This document shows, piece by piece, positions 1 through 32,748 of a DNA stretch of 64,000 bases (positions are counted from its first letter, which is position 1; each line of letters starts with the position of its first letter). The DNA is taken from NCBI RefSeq assembly GCF_009914755.1, contig NC_060943.1; one strand, given 5' to 3'. A program made the translations under genes and the position numbers. The notes beneath the pieces are model-generated. The model worked only from the letters and a program-made list of their open reading frames with translations. It did not search any database and was not told where the DNA came from. This DNA comes from the human T2T-CHM13v2.0 reference genome, Homo sapiens.

Positions 1-879
1 ACACACATTGAACTTTCCTATTTTTGGAGCAACAAAACCTTTTTTTTTTTCTTTTGAGACGGAGGCTCGCTCTGTCGCCCAGGCTGGAGTGCAGTGGCGC
101 GATCTCGGCTCACTGCAAGCTCCGCCTCCAGGTTCACGCCATTCTCCTGCCTCAGCCTCCCGAGTAGCTGGGACTATAGGCACCCGCCACCACACCCGGC
201 TAATTTTTTTGTATTTTTAGTAGACACGGGGTTTCACCCTGTCAGCCAGGATGGTCTCGATCTCCTGACTTTGTGATCTGCCCGCCTCGGCCTCCCAAAG
301 TGCTGGATTACAGGCGTGAGCCCCTGCACCTGGCCACAACAAAACCTTTTATCATAAGGAACTCTGCGAGTCTCTAGGAATGTTCTTGGATGATGCTGGG
401 TGACACTGCAACTTGCTTTTCTTTGTGGAGTCTCTGTATCTCATGGGCAGCCTTAGGTATCTTTGGGTGCCAATGTTCCCCTTGACCTGGCATGGAGCCT
501 AAAGGCACCCAGTGATGGCTGGACAGACAACTGAGATCCTTCTCAACACTGTTAAAGTACACCCAGACTACAGCCCCATCACAATTCATAACACAATATG
601 CATCTGAGTTCTGAGGAAATGCATTGAACTACTCAAAGAATGCAAGGGTGACAGGAATACTGTCTCTTTCTATGCACTTAGCCACCACCCATGGCCTGTC
701 TGCATACCAAAGACTGGTTTCCCCTGGCCACTTAATGTGGATATTTAGTGCTCTCAGTCTTGTATCCTTACTGGCACCCCAACTTCCTCTGCTCATGAGC
801 ACAATAGCCAGGGTTGCCTGCATTCCAGAGGGCTGCTTCCTGCTTTCCCCGAGTCCAATGACTAGCTCTAGTACCCGCT

Positions 880-9312
<8,433 letters not shown>

Positions 9313-10117
9313 AAAGGGGACATGGGATGGACACTGCACAAGGGAGCGTTGCCTGCTGGATACAATTGCGACACGGTGGTCAGCAGTGTGGGTGTGAGGG
9401 CATTGGAGGGTGCTCTGTCCACGCCATATGCCCATAACACAGTCCTTAGGATACCACAAAACCCTGGCCCAGTCACCACCACCCTGTGGCCCTCCTAATA
9501 TGGACGCCACATTCTCAAAGGACTCCCACTAGCAGAGGCACCCTCTGCACATGTGCCGACTGGCTTGATGGCTTGTGTCCCTCATGACACAGACAATGCG
9601 CATGCCAGGATGCATGCTGCTGCATGACCTGTACCCCAAAGGTTTGTTCCCAAAGGCCTCCGAACGTGAACACTGAAGTCCCAGGCCTTGCAAACAAAGT
9701 GGCATCCAAATTTCCTGTGCATAGCTGCCCATCACCATCAGTGTGAGTGTGCCCCAGAGGTGTGTTTGTCACAGCACTTCCAGGGCAGACACGAACCAGT
9801 CCAAGCCTCATAGCTACAGTGGTGTCCTGACTCCCCCTACAGGCTGACCCACCCATTGCAGCTGGCCTTTGCCTTGAAACACTGCTTCAATCTTCCCTAA
9901 GGACTATGACTAACTCCCGCCTGAGTAACCCAGCAAACTTCACCATCCAGTGGGCTACAGCCACACTGTGGCCAAATACTGTAATATGACCCCAGAGATC
10001 CCCACCTGCTGGCATTCATACCCCTGGATAACACCCTCCTGTTGAGCGCACGCACGACCTTTGACCAGTTTCTAACAGAAGAATAAGCAAAAATGAAGAG
10101 AATGCAGATGTAATTGA

Positions 10118-10318
<201 letters not shown>

Positions 10319-10671
10319 TAATAGAGTCGGGGTTTCACCATGTTGGCCAGGCTGGTCTTCAACTCCTGACCTGAAGTGATCCACCCACCTTGGCCTCCCA
10401 AAGTGTTGGGATTACAGGCGTGAGCCACTGCACCTGGCTTACTTTTATCTTGATACACATAGTGTATACATTACTGTTGCTGTAGGGCATGTATGTGTAT
10501 AAACCTAGTATGTACTGCCAACAGTTTTTGAAATTGGTTTGCCAATACACTCTCCAAAAAGCAGTATATGCACATCCTCAGCAACTTTATATCAGAATCC
10601 CCATCAATGATTTCACTACATGCGGCTAGTTCACTGGAACCCCTAAGTGCCAAACAGAGAAAATGTATAGA

Positions 10672-11424
10672 ATTTAAGTCTTCACTTAAAGTCATCAGCA
10701 GGTTCTTGGAAACTGAGACTTTAAGCGAAATGACATACAACAAAGCGAATTTTTTCACATGCTAATTAATATAAGCGAGTTAAGCTCCTACAGCATATTT
10801 CTGGTCACAAAAACATCACTAAACTTCTAAATAAAGACCCCAAACACTTCTAATATTAAATATTGAAATAAATGTGAAATATATATACATTTAAGAAAGA
10901 CTAATAAAAATAGGCTATTTATCCAATTTTTGATGAATTGGTATGTGATGGCAGTTAACAGTGGTGGGTTAAATCAACAAATAAATGCTTCCAAAGCAAA
11001 AACTCTAAGGACCACCTCCTACCACCAAGAAGCTCAAAAACAATAACAAATGGGGCCAGCTTGCTAAGTGGTACCATTTACTGTTGTACAGTTGTATCAT
11101 TATCAAATGTTTTAGGAATTTTTATTTTACAATAGTTTGTATTCATTCATTCATTCTCCAATCCACCTATTCCAGTTCCAGAATGAAAATGGCCAGAGCC
11201 CATCCTAACAGCTCAGGGCACACACACACATAGTGGGACAATTTAGACACACCAATTAAGCTAACATGTGCATCTTTGGCATGTGGGAAGAAACCAGAGT
11301 ACCCAGAGAAAACCCATGCAGACATGGGAAGAACGTGTAGAATCTACAGAGTGGCCCTACTGGAATTTGATTTTTTTTCCGTCATCGATGTTATAATTAA
11401 CAGACATTATTCTAAGATCTGTTG
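10672..11424 (-). mobile_element. MER6 (TcMar-Tigger non-autonomous element)
   Basis: Matches recalled MER6 consensus (ggttcttggaaactg, tctggtcacaaaaacatc, aaaccagagtacccagagaaaaccca); TA at the right end. Confidence 0.8.
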
Positions 11425-11850
11425 TATTTCCAGGCCATGTGGCCCCTTCACAGCTTTTTGGCAGCCCACATTGGCAGGTGAGTTTTCTGGTCATTTACTT
11501 ACATGGATTGTATCAAGCCAACCCCCTAGGTGTATGAGTGTCTATAAGGAGTCACGCAGAGTGCTTACTCTGGACATTCCTTCAGGGAAACGAAGGACTA
11601 ATTTAGGTAGGAGAAGGAACCCAAAAGTGAATTGAAAAAAACAACGAGAGAAGTTTTGTCTGTTTATGAATATACATATTTCCTAAGACTAATAATTAAC
11701 ATCAGTGAATTTTCATGGAGAGCTTATTTTTCAGTGATCAAGCACTGATTCTCATTAATCCCTTGAATTAATTTCTTATTCATATAATTAAAACACATTC
11801 ATGCTTCTCCTATTTTCCCTTGATTTACATCATTTGTCAGATATCACTTA

Positions 11851-11967
<117 letters not shown>

Positions 11968-12980
11968 CTACTAAAAAAAAAAAAATACAAAAATACAAAA
12001 ATTAGCCAGGCATGGTGGCGCACACTTGTAATCCCAGCTACTAGGGTGGCTGAGGCAGGAGGATGGCTTGAAAACCCAAGAGGTGGAGGTTACAGTGTTT
12101 CAGTGAGCCGAGATCCTGCCACTGCACTGGAGCCTGGCAACAGCGAAACTCTGTCTCCAAAAAGATATCACTTACTATTTCCTGTCATACATTTAAGATT
12201 AAATTATCCCACCACATTGTTTCCCCAACCAAAGAAAGAATACTGACTCTGTCAAACCTGGGAGTAATCTTTGATGCACTCCTCTCTCTCACCATAGAAG
12301 TGGAGTCAGCCAATTCACAGAATGCTTTGCCCAGCTCTTATTTCCTTCCCCTTCAGTATGGCTAAATCATACCATATTTTTGGTCTCAGCTTGCATATCA
12401 CTCTTTTCTTAGCATTGCCTATTCCAAAGAAAAATAGAGAAAATAATTCTGTCCTCTACTTTACTTACAGACCTTCATCAATTTGTAATACACTTATTTG
12501 CTTGGTTACATGACAGCCTCCTCCACTAGTTTACAATCTCCCTAAGAACAGCCCTAGGCTGAATTTTTTTACTATGCCTTAATTAACCATTCAGACACTC
12601 ATCCATTTACAGGATACACCAATAAATGAAGGATACATTTAAACACGGCACAGAATACAATCAGAACTACCAAAATGTATAACTTTCTGAAAGAACGAGT
12701 GACTGCGCAAAAAGACAATATAACGGATAAACAGTGTCTGCTAGTTTTAAAGAGACTAAAAGACATGAAACTTGGATACGTAATAGATCCCAAAACAATC
12801 AAAACCATATATTGGAACAAAGTGGAGAACTGTACCTTTTTACACAGGGTACATATTAACAACATTTTAAATTTTCTGGGTTAATAGTATTATGGTTTTA
12901 AAAGGACATGTCTTTATCCATAGGACACGTATTACCAAGCATTTAAACCTTAAGTGTCACGCCTGCAATGTTCAACTTAC

Positions 12981-13157
12981 TTCAAAGCCTCCATTCCTTC
13001 TTCCTAAAAGCCCCTGTTTTGAAGCTCTGTGGGGAGGTACAGGCCTAGGAAGTTCAGATAAAAAGAATAGCTGAGTATTCTTGCTTTTCTTCAGTAGAAA
13101 GACTTCTGGTCTACAAACGTTTATATTCACATAGAGAAATAACCACACCCCAGATAC
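12981..13157 (-). other. Candidate second non-coding 5'UTR exon
   Basis: ctattttttag acceptor and GAA|gtaagt donor on the minus strand. Confidence 0.45.
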
Positions 13158-13292
13158 CTAAAAAATAGCTTTATGTTTCTACCTGAATGTAGAGTGTCAA
13201 AAGTAAATACAGGATGCGCAAAGAGAAAAACAAATTCTCAGATAAAACAGGAGGAAGAAGCCCCCGAAACCAACTTTCACCCCAGTACTCAC

Positions 13293-13380
13293 CGCGACGA
13301 GCTGGACTCGCCAGGTACGGGAGATTGGGGGGATGAAGGACCACAGTCAACCTGATTCGAACGACGAAAACTCGTTGTTT
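13293..13380 (-). other. Non-coding 5'UTR exon (probably ZNF266)
   Basis: Poly-T + CCAG acceptor (plus ctggaaaaaaaaaag at 13381) and GCG|GTGAGT donor (plus actcac at 13287-13292). Confidence 0.7.
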
Positions 13381-13768
13381 CTGGAAAAAAAAAAGTCACA
13401 AAGAATTGCTTTGGAAGAGTTTGAAGCGGCAATCACCGTGTTTGCAAAAATCGTGAGGAAGCGCCCTTACGACAGATCCCGAAACGGCTCCTGGCCCAGG
13501 GCCGTCGCAGTGACAACTCGAGTGGCTTTTTGAACCTGGCGGCGCCAGGAGGACCCGCGCGGCCCCGGCGGACGCGAGCGGAGCAGGCAAGGTCTCTCTA
13601 AGGAGGCCCCTCGGCGGCCTGGGGCAAACCGGTACTTTCGCCACCCCTTCCACCGCTGGCTCCCACCCGTCATCCGACCTCGCCAAAGCTGTATTAAGCC
13701 CAAACGCCACCAGGAAGAAAACGGGTTTGGCGGCGCGGAGAAAGCGCCGGAAAACACAGCAGCGCTCC

Positions 13769-13784
13769 GTGACGTCACTTCCGC
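13769..13784 (-). promoter_or_regulatory. ETS-CRE composite element GCGGAAGTGACGTCAC (GABP/ETS + CREB/ATF)
   Basis: Plus strand GTGACGTCACTTCCGC is a perfect TGACGTCA palindrome abutting the ETS core CGGAAG. Confidence 0.85.
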
Positions 13785-15689
13785 CTCCAGCCTCAAACCT
13801 GGAGGAGCGCTCGGGAACTGCAACCTCAGCCGAGCTGAACAACCTCAGGCAGAGAGATTCTTGTTTACTCCCCAGTGGCTACGGAGACGCCTTGGAGGCC
13901 TTGGAGTCTGCTCACCTTGAGGGATGGAGGCCAAAAGGGGCCCAGAGCACAAGGCTGAGGTTAGAACCAGTCCTGCGGACGGGGCTAACCTAGGGTGGGG
14001 TCGGTGGTGTTGGCAAAGTTAGAGGTGGGGGCTCCCCCACAGGATGTGCACAATGCTCACAAAAAGCTTTTATTCTCACCTCCTCCCACGTTCCTAGCAC
14101 CCTCAAAATGATGCTTCCTTTGATAATCCTGCCAGTCCATGATATGGCCTATCTCCTCCATTCATTCAATCTAGTTTTAGTTTTTTATTTTGTTTTTGTT
14201 TTTGTTTTTGTTTGAGACAGGGTCTCACTGTGTAGTCCAGGCTGGCGTGCTGTGGGGCGAAACTCATGGGCTCACGCCATCATCCCGCCTCAGCCTCCCG
14301 AGTAGCTGGGTCTACAGGCGCAGGCCACCATGCCCGGCTAATTTTTTTTCCCCCAGAGTTGAGGTATGTTACCCAGGCTGATCTCAAACTCCTGGGCTCC
14401 AACAATCATCCCGCCTCAGCCTCCCAAAAGGCTGGGATTACAGGCGTGCACCACGGCGCCGGGCCCAATTCAACTTGAGGCCAATATTTCCCCTTATTTC
14501 ATTTATCTGGACGCCATGCTAAATTCTAATAGTTGATTCCTTTGTGTATTCAATATGCTGATACTTTTTGTAAATGTTGATTTTTTTTTCTTTGACTAAT
14601 ATATTGTTTTCTGAGATCTTACAGTGAGTTCCAGGGCCTCGTTGTAAAATACCGCGTTGTAAAATAGCACTGATATCAGGCATTCACTTCTGCAGGAGTG
14701 ATTCTAGTTTCTCCAGAAATCGTTTTTGCTGTGCTTTGTAGTGGGTGGCCTTTATGGAGTTAAAGTTATTTTGAACACTGTTTTACTAACATGAAGAACT
14801 GTTCATGTACATTATCAAATATTTTGTGAATCTACTGAACTGGTAACTATTTTGCAGTTAATTTTTCAACTCAAAAAGATTTTCTTTTTTAAGTTTCCTC
14901 TCTTGCATTAAGAAGTCTTCATAAACTCTAGATTACATATAGATTTCCTAATTTTCTTCTGCAGCATATTACTTTAAAAACATTGAAATCTTTCATACTC
15001 ATGGAATGTGTTTCAGTATGTGGTGTGGGATAGTGGATACAATATCTCTTTCCTCCAGAAACACGGCCAATTATTGTAGTACCACATATTGATAAACTGT
15101 CCTTGATTTACTGATTTCAAATTCCATGTTTATTAAACTATAAATTCCTATGTATACCTGTATCTGATTCTAGACTCTATGCCAGTAATACATTTACTTA
15201 TGCCAATATCAAGATCATAATCTTTTCATTCCAGTGGTTTTGTATCAACTAATAATATTCCGTGGTAATAATAATAATAATGGTAGCTTTTTTGTTTGTT
15301 TGTTTTTGAGACAGTCTTGCTCTGTCACCCAGGCTGGAATACAGTGGTACGATCTCGGCTCACTGCAACCTCCACCTCCTGAGTTCTAGGGATTCTCCTT
15401 TCTCAGTCTCCTGAGTAGCTGGGATTATAGGCACGCGCCACCACGCTCAGCTAATTTTTGTGTTTTTTTTTTTTTTTTTTTAGTAGAGATGGGGTTTCGC
15501 CATGTTGGCCAGGGTGGTCTCAAACTCCTAACCTCAGGTGATCTGCCCACCTCAGCCTCTGAAAGTGCTGGTGTGAGCCACCGCACCTGGCGGTAGCTGT
15601 TTTTTAAATCTTACTACCCTAAATGCTTAATAGACATTAAATTTTTACGCTCCCAATGATGTGGCTATTATTGTGATTTTTCCCTTTTG

Positions 15690-20000
<4,311 letters not shown>

Positions 20001-20622
20001 TTAATCTTACTAAGTACCACTAAATCTTGTCTTATCATATTTGAGTAGATGCATTCACTTATTTGATTCTTACAATACCAAATCAGGCAGCTTATTATAA
20101 AATTCATCCACAGTTTACAGAAGATCAGACTGAGATGGCCAGGCGTGGTGGCTCACGCCTGTAATCCCAGCACTTTGGGAGGCCGAGGCGGACAGATCAC
20201 GAGGTCAGGAGATCGAGACCATCCTGGCTAACACGGTGAAACCCCGTCTCTACTAAAAATACAAAAAATTAGCCGGGCATGGTGGCAGGCGCCGTAGTCC
20301 CAGCTACTCAGGAGGCTGAGGCAGGAGAATGGCGCGAACCCGGGAGGTGGAGCTTGCAGTGAGCCAAGATCAGCCACTGCACCCCAGCCTGGGCAAAAGA
20401 GCCAGACTCTGTCTCAAAAAAAAAAAAAAAGGAAGATCAGACTGAGGCAAGAGAGGCCATTTAACTTCTACAAAATTACGTAGCCAGCAAGAGGCAGAGC
20501 CAAGACGTGTACTCTAGCAGTCTGACTCTATTCTGTACTTCACTTTGCTCTATAACCAGTACAGCTTTAAAAGTTTCCTCACCTTTTCAAATGTGTTGAC
20601 CTCTGTGAAATGCTCTGAGATA

Positions 20623-20653
<31 letters not shown>

Positions 20654-21164
20654 TTGAGACAGAGTCTACTCCATCACCAAAGCTGGAGTGGCACAATTTC
20701 AGCTCAATGCAACCTCCGCCTCCTGGGTTCAAGTGATTACTGTGCCTCAGCCTCCCAAGTAACTGGAATTACAGGCGTGCATCACCATGCAGGGCTAATT
20801 TTTGTATTTTTAGTGGAGACAGGGTTTCACCATGTTGCCCAGGCTGGTCTCTAACTCCTGAACTCAAAGTGATCCGCTTGCCTCAGCCTCCCAATGTGCT
20901 GGGATTATAGACATAAGCCACCATACCTGGCCTGAGATATTTATTTTCATGCCCACCTGGCTGAAATTAGTATATATTTGGAGGACCAACTCCCCTTACC
21001 TAAAATTAATGTTTCAGTATTTCAACCCCTATCCTTTTCTCTTGTTTTCTCTTCATTAAGAGAAAAGTCTCAGCCACATGTGTGGCTCACGCCTGTAATC
21101 CCATCACTTTGGGAGGCCAAGGCAGGTGGATCACGAGGTCAGGAGATCAAGACCATCCTGGCTA

Positions 21165-21380
<216 letters not shown>

Positions 21381-21506
21381 TTAAGGAGGCCAGGCGCAGT
21401 GGCTCATGCCTGTAATCCCAGCACTTTGGGAGGCTGAGGCAGGCAGATCACAAGGTCAGGAGATCGAGACCATCCTGGCTAAGACGGTGAAACCCCATCT
21501 CTACTA

Positions 21507-21746
<240 letters not shown>

Positions 21747-21794
21747 CTACGCACAGTTCCACTACATGAATACATGGAAGCCATTCCACATTTT

Positions 21795-21860
21795 GAATCA
21801 CCATGCACACACACAGAGAAACGCGCAGAATCACCATGCACACACACAGAGAAACGCGCA
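21795..21860. repeat. Perfect 33-bp tandem duplication
   Basis: (GAATCACCATGCACACACACAGAGAAACGCGCA)x2. Confidence 0.95.
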
Positions 21861-22020
21861 CACACACACAGTTCCTGTGTGTGCAGATGGTGTGACCTGG
21901 GAGCTTGAGCAGCTGGCTGCACGCAGGTAACAAACAAACTAAGAGGGCAGAAGTCTAAGAAAGTATTTCACATAGCCATCCAAAGAAACTTTAAGGTGTT
22001 CCTTTTCTCTCAGCCCTTAA

Positions 22021-22191
<171 letters not shown>

Positions 22192-22686
22192 TAGCCTCCC
22201 CAGTAGCTAGTATTATAGATGTGTGCCACCACGCCCAGCTCATTTTTGTATTTTTAGTAGAGACAGGGTTTTGCCATATTGGCCAGGCTGGTCTTGAATT
22301 CCTGACTTCAAGTGATCTGCCCACCTCAGCCTCCAAAAGTGCTGGGATTACAGATGTGAGCCATTGGTGGGTTTTTTTGCTTGTTGTTTTGAGACAGGGT
22401 CTTGCTGTCACCCAGGCTGGATGACAGTGATGTAATCATAGCTCACTGCAGCCTTGAACTCCAGGGCTCAAGTGATCCACCTTGGCCTCCCAAAGTGCTG
22501 GCATTACAGGGCATGAGTAACCATGCCCAGGCCTTTATAGTTTCTATAAGAAATCCACAGTCGGCCGGGAGTGGTGGCTCATGCCTATAATCCCAGGCCA
22601 AGGCGGATTGATTATGAGGCCAGGAGTTCGAGACCAGCCTGGCGAACATAGTGAAACCCTGTCTTTACTAAAAATACAAAAAATTA

Positions 22687-22824
<138 letters not shown>

Positions 22825-22826
22825 TC

Positions 22827-23061
22827 AGAAAGAAAGAAAGAGAGAAGGGGGGGAGAAGAAAGAAAGAAACAAAGAGAAAAGAACGAGGAAAGAAAAAGAA
22901 AGAAAGAGAAGAAGGAAGGGAAGAAAGGAAAGAGAAAAGAAAAAAAAGAAAAAGGAAGGAGAAGGAAGGGAGAAAGGAAGGAAGGAAAAAAGAAAGAAGA
23001 GAAGAGAGAGGGAAAGGAGGAAAGGAAACGAGGGGAAGGAAGGGAGGGAAGGAAAAAGAAA
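22827..23061 (+). repeat. ~235-bp polypurine (A/G) tract expanded from an Alu tail
   Basis: Only 3 C residues. The Alu (from 22563) plus the tract are bracketed by TSD AAGAAATCCACAGTC. Confidence 0.9.
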
Positions 23062-24684
23062 TCCACAGTCAACTGAACTGTTCTTTTATTTATTTACTTT
23101 GAGACAGGGTCTCAAAGTACCACAGGCACATGCAACCACACCCAGCTAATTTTTTTGTAGGGGTGGGAATTTTCCATGTTGCCTAGACGGGTCTCGAACT
23201 CCTGGGCTCAAGTGATCTGCCTGCCTTACCCTCCCAAAGTATTGTTGGGATTTATAGGCATGAGCCACGAAATGTTCTCTTATAAGTAACATGTTATTAC
23301 TTCCCAGGCTAATTTCAAGATGTTCTACTTATCTTTAGCTTTCACAACTTTAATTATTATATGTTTTGGCTTATATTTCTTTGGGATTATGTTTTGGGTT
23401 CATTAAATTTCTTGAATCTGAATATTTGTGTCTTTCATCAAATTTGAGAAGTTTTTCATCATTACCTTTTCAAAAACTTACTGCATCACACATCTTCTTC
23501 TTCTTTTAGGACTCTAATATCATGAATGTTAGCCTTTTGTACTGTTACACAGCCCTGTGAGGCTCTGCTACTAGTATGCTGAATAGTTTGGGTTTATATT
23601 CAGGGCACTTTGAATATTATAACACTCTGGGCCTTTAAGTCCTATGGAGAACGTAGATTTTTTTTTTTTTTTTGGATGGAGTCTAGCTCTGTCGCCAGGC
23701 TGGAGTGCAGTGGTGTGATCGTGGCTCACTGCAACCTCCGCCTCCCGATTCAACCGATTCTCCTGCCTCAGCCTCCTTAGTAGCTGGGATTACAGGTATG
23801 TACTGCCACGCCCAGCTGATTTTTGTATTTTTAGTAGAGACGGGGTTTGACCATGTTGGCCAGGATGGTCTCGATCTCTTGACCTCGTGGTCCACTCGCC
23901 TCGGCCTCCCAAAGTGCAGGGATTAAAGGCATGAGCCACTGCACTCAGCTGATTTTTTTTTTTTAATCTGGACAATTACCCAGTTGGGTTCAGCTTGCAA
24001 GTTTTAGTCAACGCTCTGAGTTGTGGTTTCAATGGGAGCTTTATTTTCAAAGATTTTGTTGTATGCTTTGTGTCTCTACCTGGAGGCTAGACTACACGGA
24101 AGGTCATCTATCTCACATTCCAGCTCTCAAAGTCTATGGTATGTCTCATTGCCACCACAGGATTGCTTGGAGGCTGGAACCAAGTAAATGGAGAAAACAA
24201 ACTGAGGTATTAATCTCCCTCTCTTTCTCACTGAGCATTAGAAACCACCCCTCCCACCCCCTTGTTGATATTACCAGAACCAGAGGGCTTCTTCTGGAAC
24301 TCTCCATGTTGGTCATGATGTGTGCCTCTGGTTTTTCAGCCACACTGAGTACAGACCAGATGAAACCAGAAGGGGTAAAACTAGTAAACTTACTGCCTGC
24401 TTGGTGGTACTTTGAACGCTGATTTTTTTTTCCATCTCCCTGCTGCTATTTACTTTTCAGATTCTTCAAATAGCTGATGCATTCTGTCCAGGTGGGACAT
24501 TCAGTGGGACAGACAGGATAACTGCATTTACTCCACCTTTCCCTAAACCAGAACCAATTTTGCCAAGTCATACACACACACACACACACACACACACATA
24601 AAATATAGGATGCATTCTCTTGTTACTTCTGGTTTCTTTCACAACATCATGTTTGTGAGATTCATCCACGTTAGGGGGTTTACC

Positions 24685-25500
<816 letters not shown>

Positions 25501-25589
25501 TTCTGCCACCATGAAAAAGCTGAATGTTGTGACACCACCAAAGGGTCACTCTCACTCTACAGCAATGGTCCCTTTCCAAAATGGAGGCA

Positions 25590-31115
<5,526 letters not shown>

Positions 31116-31167
31116 GTACTACAATGGAAGCAAAAATTAAAAATAGAAACTAACAAAATAGAACACT

Positions 31168-31535
31168 ATAGACTGAACTGTGTATACACTCTTCCCCGCA
31201 CAATGTTCATATCTTCGAATCCCAACTCCTAAGGTGTTTATATTTGAATATGGGGGCTTCTAGAGGTAATTAGGGTTGGATGAGATCATGATGATGGGGC
31301 TCTCATGATAGTATTAGTACCTTATAAAGAAGAGACACAAGAGTGTTTGCTGTATCTGTCAGCCAAAGGTGAGCCAGCAGAATGAGAGATAATGAGAAAG
31401 CAGCACTCTACAAGCCAAGAAGATGCCCTCACCAAAAACCAACCATGTTGGCACCCTGAAGACATTTACAGCCTCCATAGCACTGAGAAAATTAATTTCT
31501 GTTGCTTAAGCCATCCTGTGATAATTTGTTATGTC
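31168..31535 (+). mobile_element. MLT1A-type MaLR LTR
   Basis: tatagactgaactgtgt...ccttataaagaagagacac...aatttctgttgcttaagcca. Confidence 0.7.
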
Positions 31536-32109
31536 AACACAACTTTTCTACAGAAATCAAACCAAAAATATACTAATCAAATCCATTTATTTTGAAAGGA
31601 ATTAACAAAACTAAGTAAATTCTAGCAACATAGCAACATTAATGTTTTTCATAAAGGAGAAAAGGCACAAGGAAATGATATCAGGAATGAAAAGGGGTAT
31701 GCAAAATGTATGCAACAGCAAAAGGCACAAATACTTAAAATATCAGAAAATATAAACATTGAGTATAAATTTTAAAATACAAAACTACCTATAAAAACAA
31801 CTCTTGCCAAAACAGACTTAAGATGAAATTGGAAAATAATAAATAAAAACTTTAAAAAGATGAAATTGGAAACCTTACTAGTGCCTACAAAATATAAAAA
31901 TAATTGAGTCCATGCTTTGAATTCATTCCAAAACATGAAAATAAAATCCCATAACAACGGCAACAAATAATCCAGATTCAGCTGATTCTGCCAGTGAATT
32001 GTGACTGATAATACTTGTAATAAGAAAGTACTGTATGAGTTAAGGAAAGGAGAAAATACTCCAACCTTCATACAAAAAAACAGGCAATGATAGACTAAGA
32101 AAAGAATAT

Positions 32110-32598
32110 TGCTTGGAACAGGCCCCAAGCCTGGACATAAACAGGCCATGAGAAACTGGCCATAAACAAGATCTCTGCAGCACTGTGACATGCTCGTGAT
32201 GGCTATGATGCACACACTGGAGGTTGCTGGTTCACCAGAATAAGCTCAAGGAACACCTAGCCCACCCAGGGCGGAAAACTTCTCAAGGCATTACTAAACC
32301 ACAAACAATGGCATGAGCAATCTGTGCCTTAAGGACATGTTCCTGCTGCAGATAACAAGCAAGAGCCTGTCCCTTGGTTCTCCATAAATAATACATTCAG
32401 TTAATCTATAAACTGCAGAAACGATGTTTATCATGAGTTTACTGTCAATAAATAGTTGGGTCAAACTCTGTTTGAGACCGTCAGCTCTGAAGGTCTCATT
32501 GCACTTCTGATCCCACATTGCACTCTCTTTTTGTGTCTGTGTCTTTATTCCTCTAGCACCGCTGGGTTGAGGTCTCCATCACCAAGCTGGTCTCAGCA
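32110..32598 (+). repeat. 5' LTR (MER9)
   Basis: TGCTTGGAACAGGCCCC...CTCAGCA, contains AATAAA, direct repeat of 40325-40803. Confidence 0.93.
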
Positions 32599-32600
32599 AG

Positions 32601-32627
32601 TGGCGCCCAAACATGGGGCTCGAACCC
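32601..32627 (+). other. Primer-binding site, tRNA-Lys(CUU)
   Basis: TGGCGCCCAAACATGGGGCTCGAACCC versus the tRNA-Lys(CUU) 3' complement TGGCGCCCAACGTGGGGCTCGAACCC. A major splice donor G|GTAAGT follows at 32711. Confidence 0.85.
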
Positions 32628-32748
32628 GGGTCGAAGGGTCGCCAGAGCGATGGTTGGAGAACATGGAACTACGCTGGAGCACACCTGAGTACTCTTAAGC
32701 AATCCCCATGGTAAGTAAGAAGGGGAGCTCGGAAGCATCAGGGTAACA

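Larger units (their letters stand above)
13260..14000 (-). promoter_or_regulatory. ZNF266: CpG-island promoter/first exon of a minus-strand gene, probably ZNF266
   Basis: The only dense non-repeat CpG cluster in the window, with minus-strand splice signals to its left. Identity is inferred from recalled gene order next to ZNF560; no ZNF266 CDS is in the window. Confidence 0.7.

Noticed and set aside
13396-13993. 148-, 118- and 88-aa ORFs over the CpG island
   Set aside because: No recognisable domain; long ORFs are expected by chance in GC-rich sequence. uORF activity cannot be excluded without ribosome profiling.
32601-32627. tRNA gene
   Set aside because: Only the 3'-end complement (PBS) is present; no A-box, D-arm or anticodon arm.
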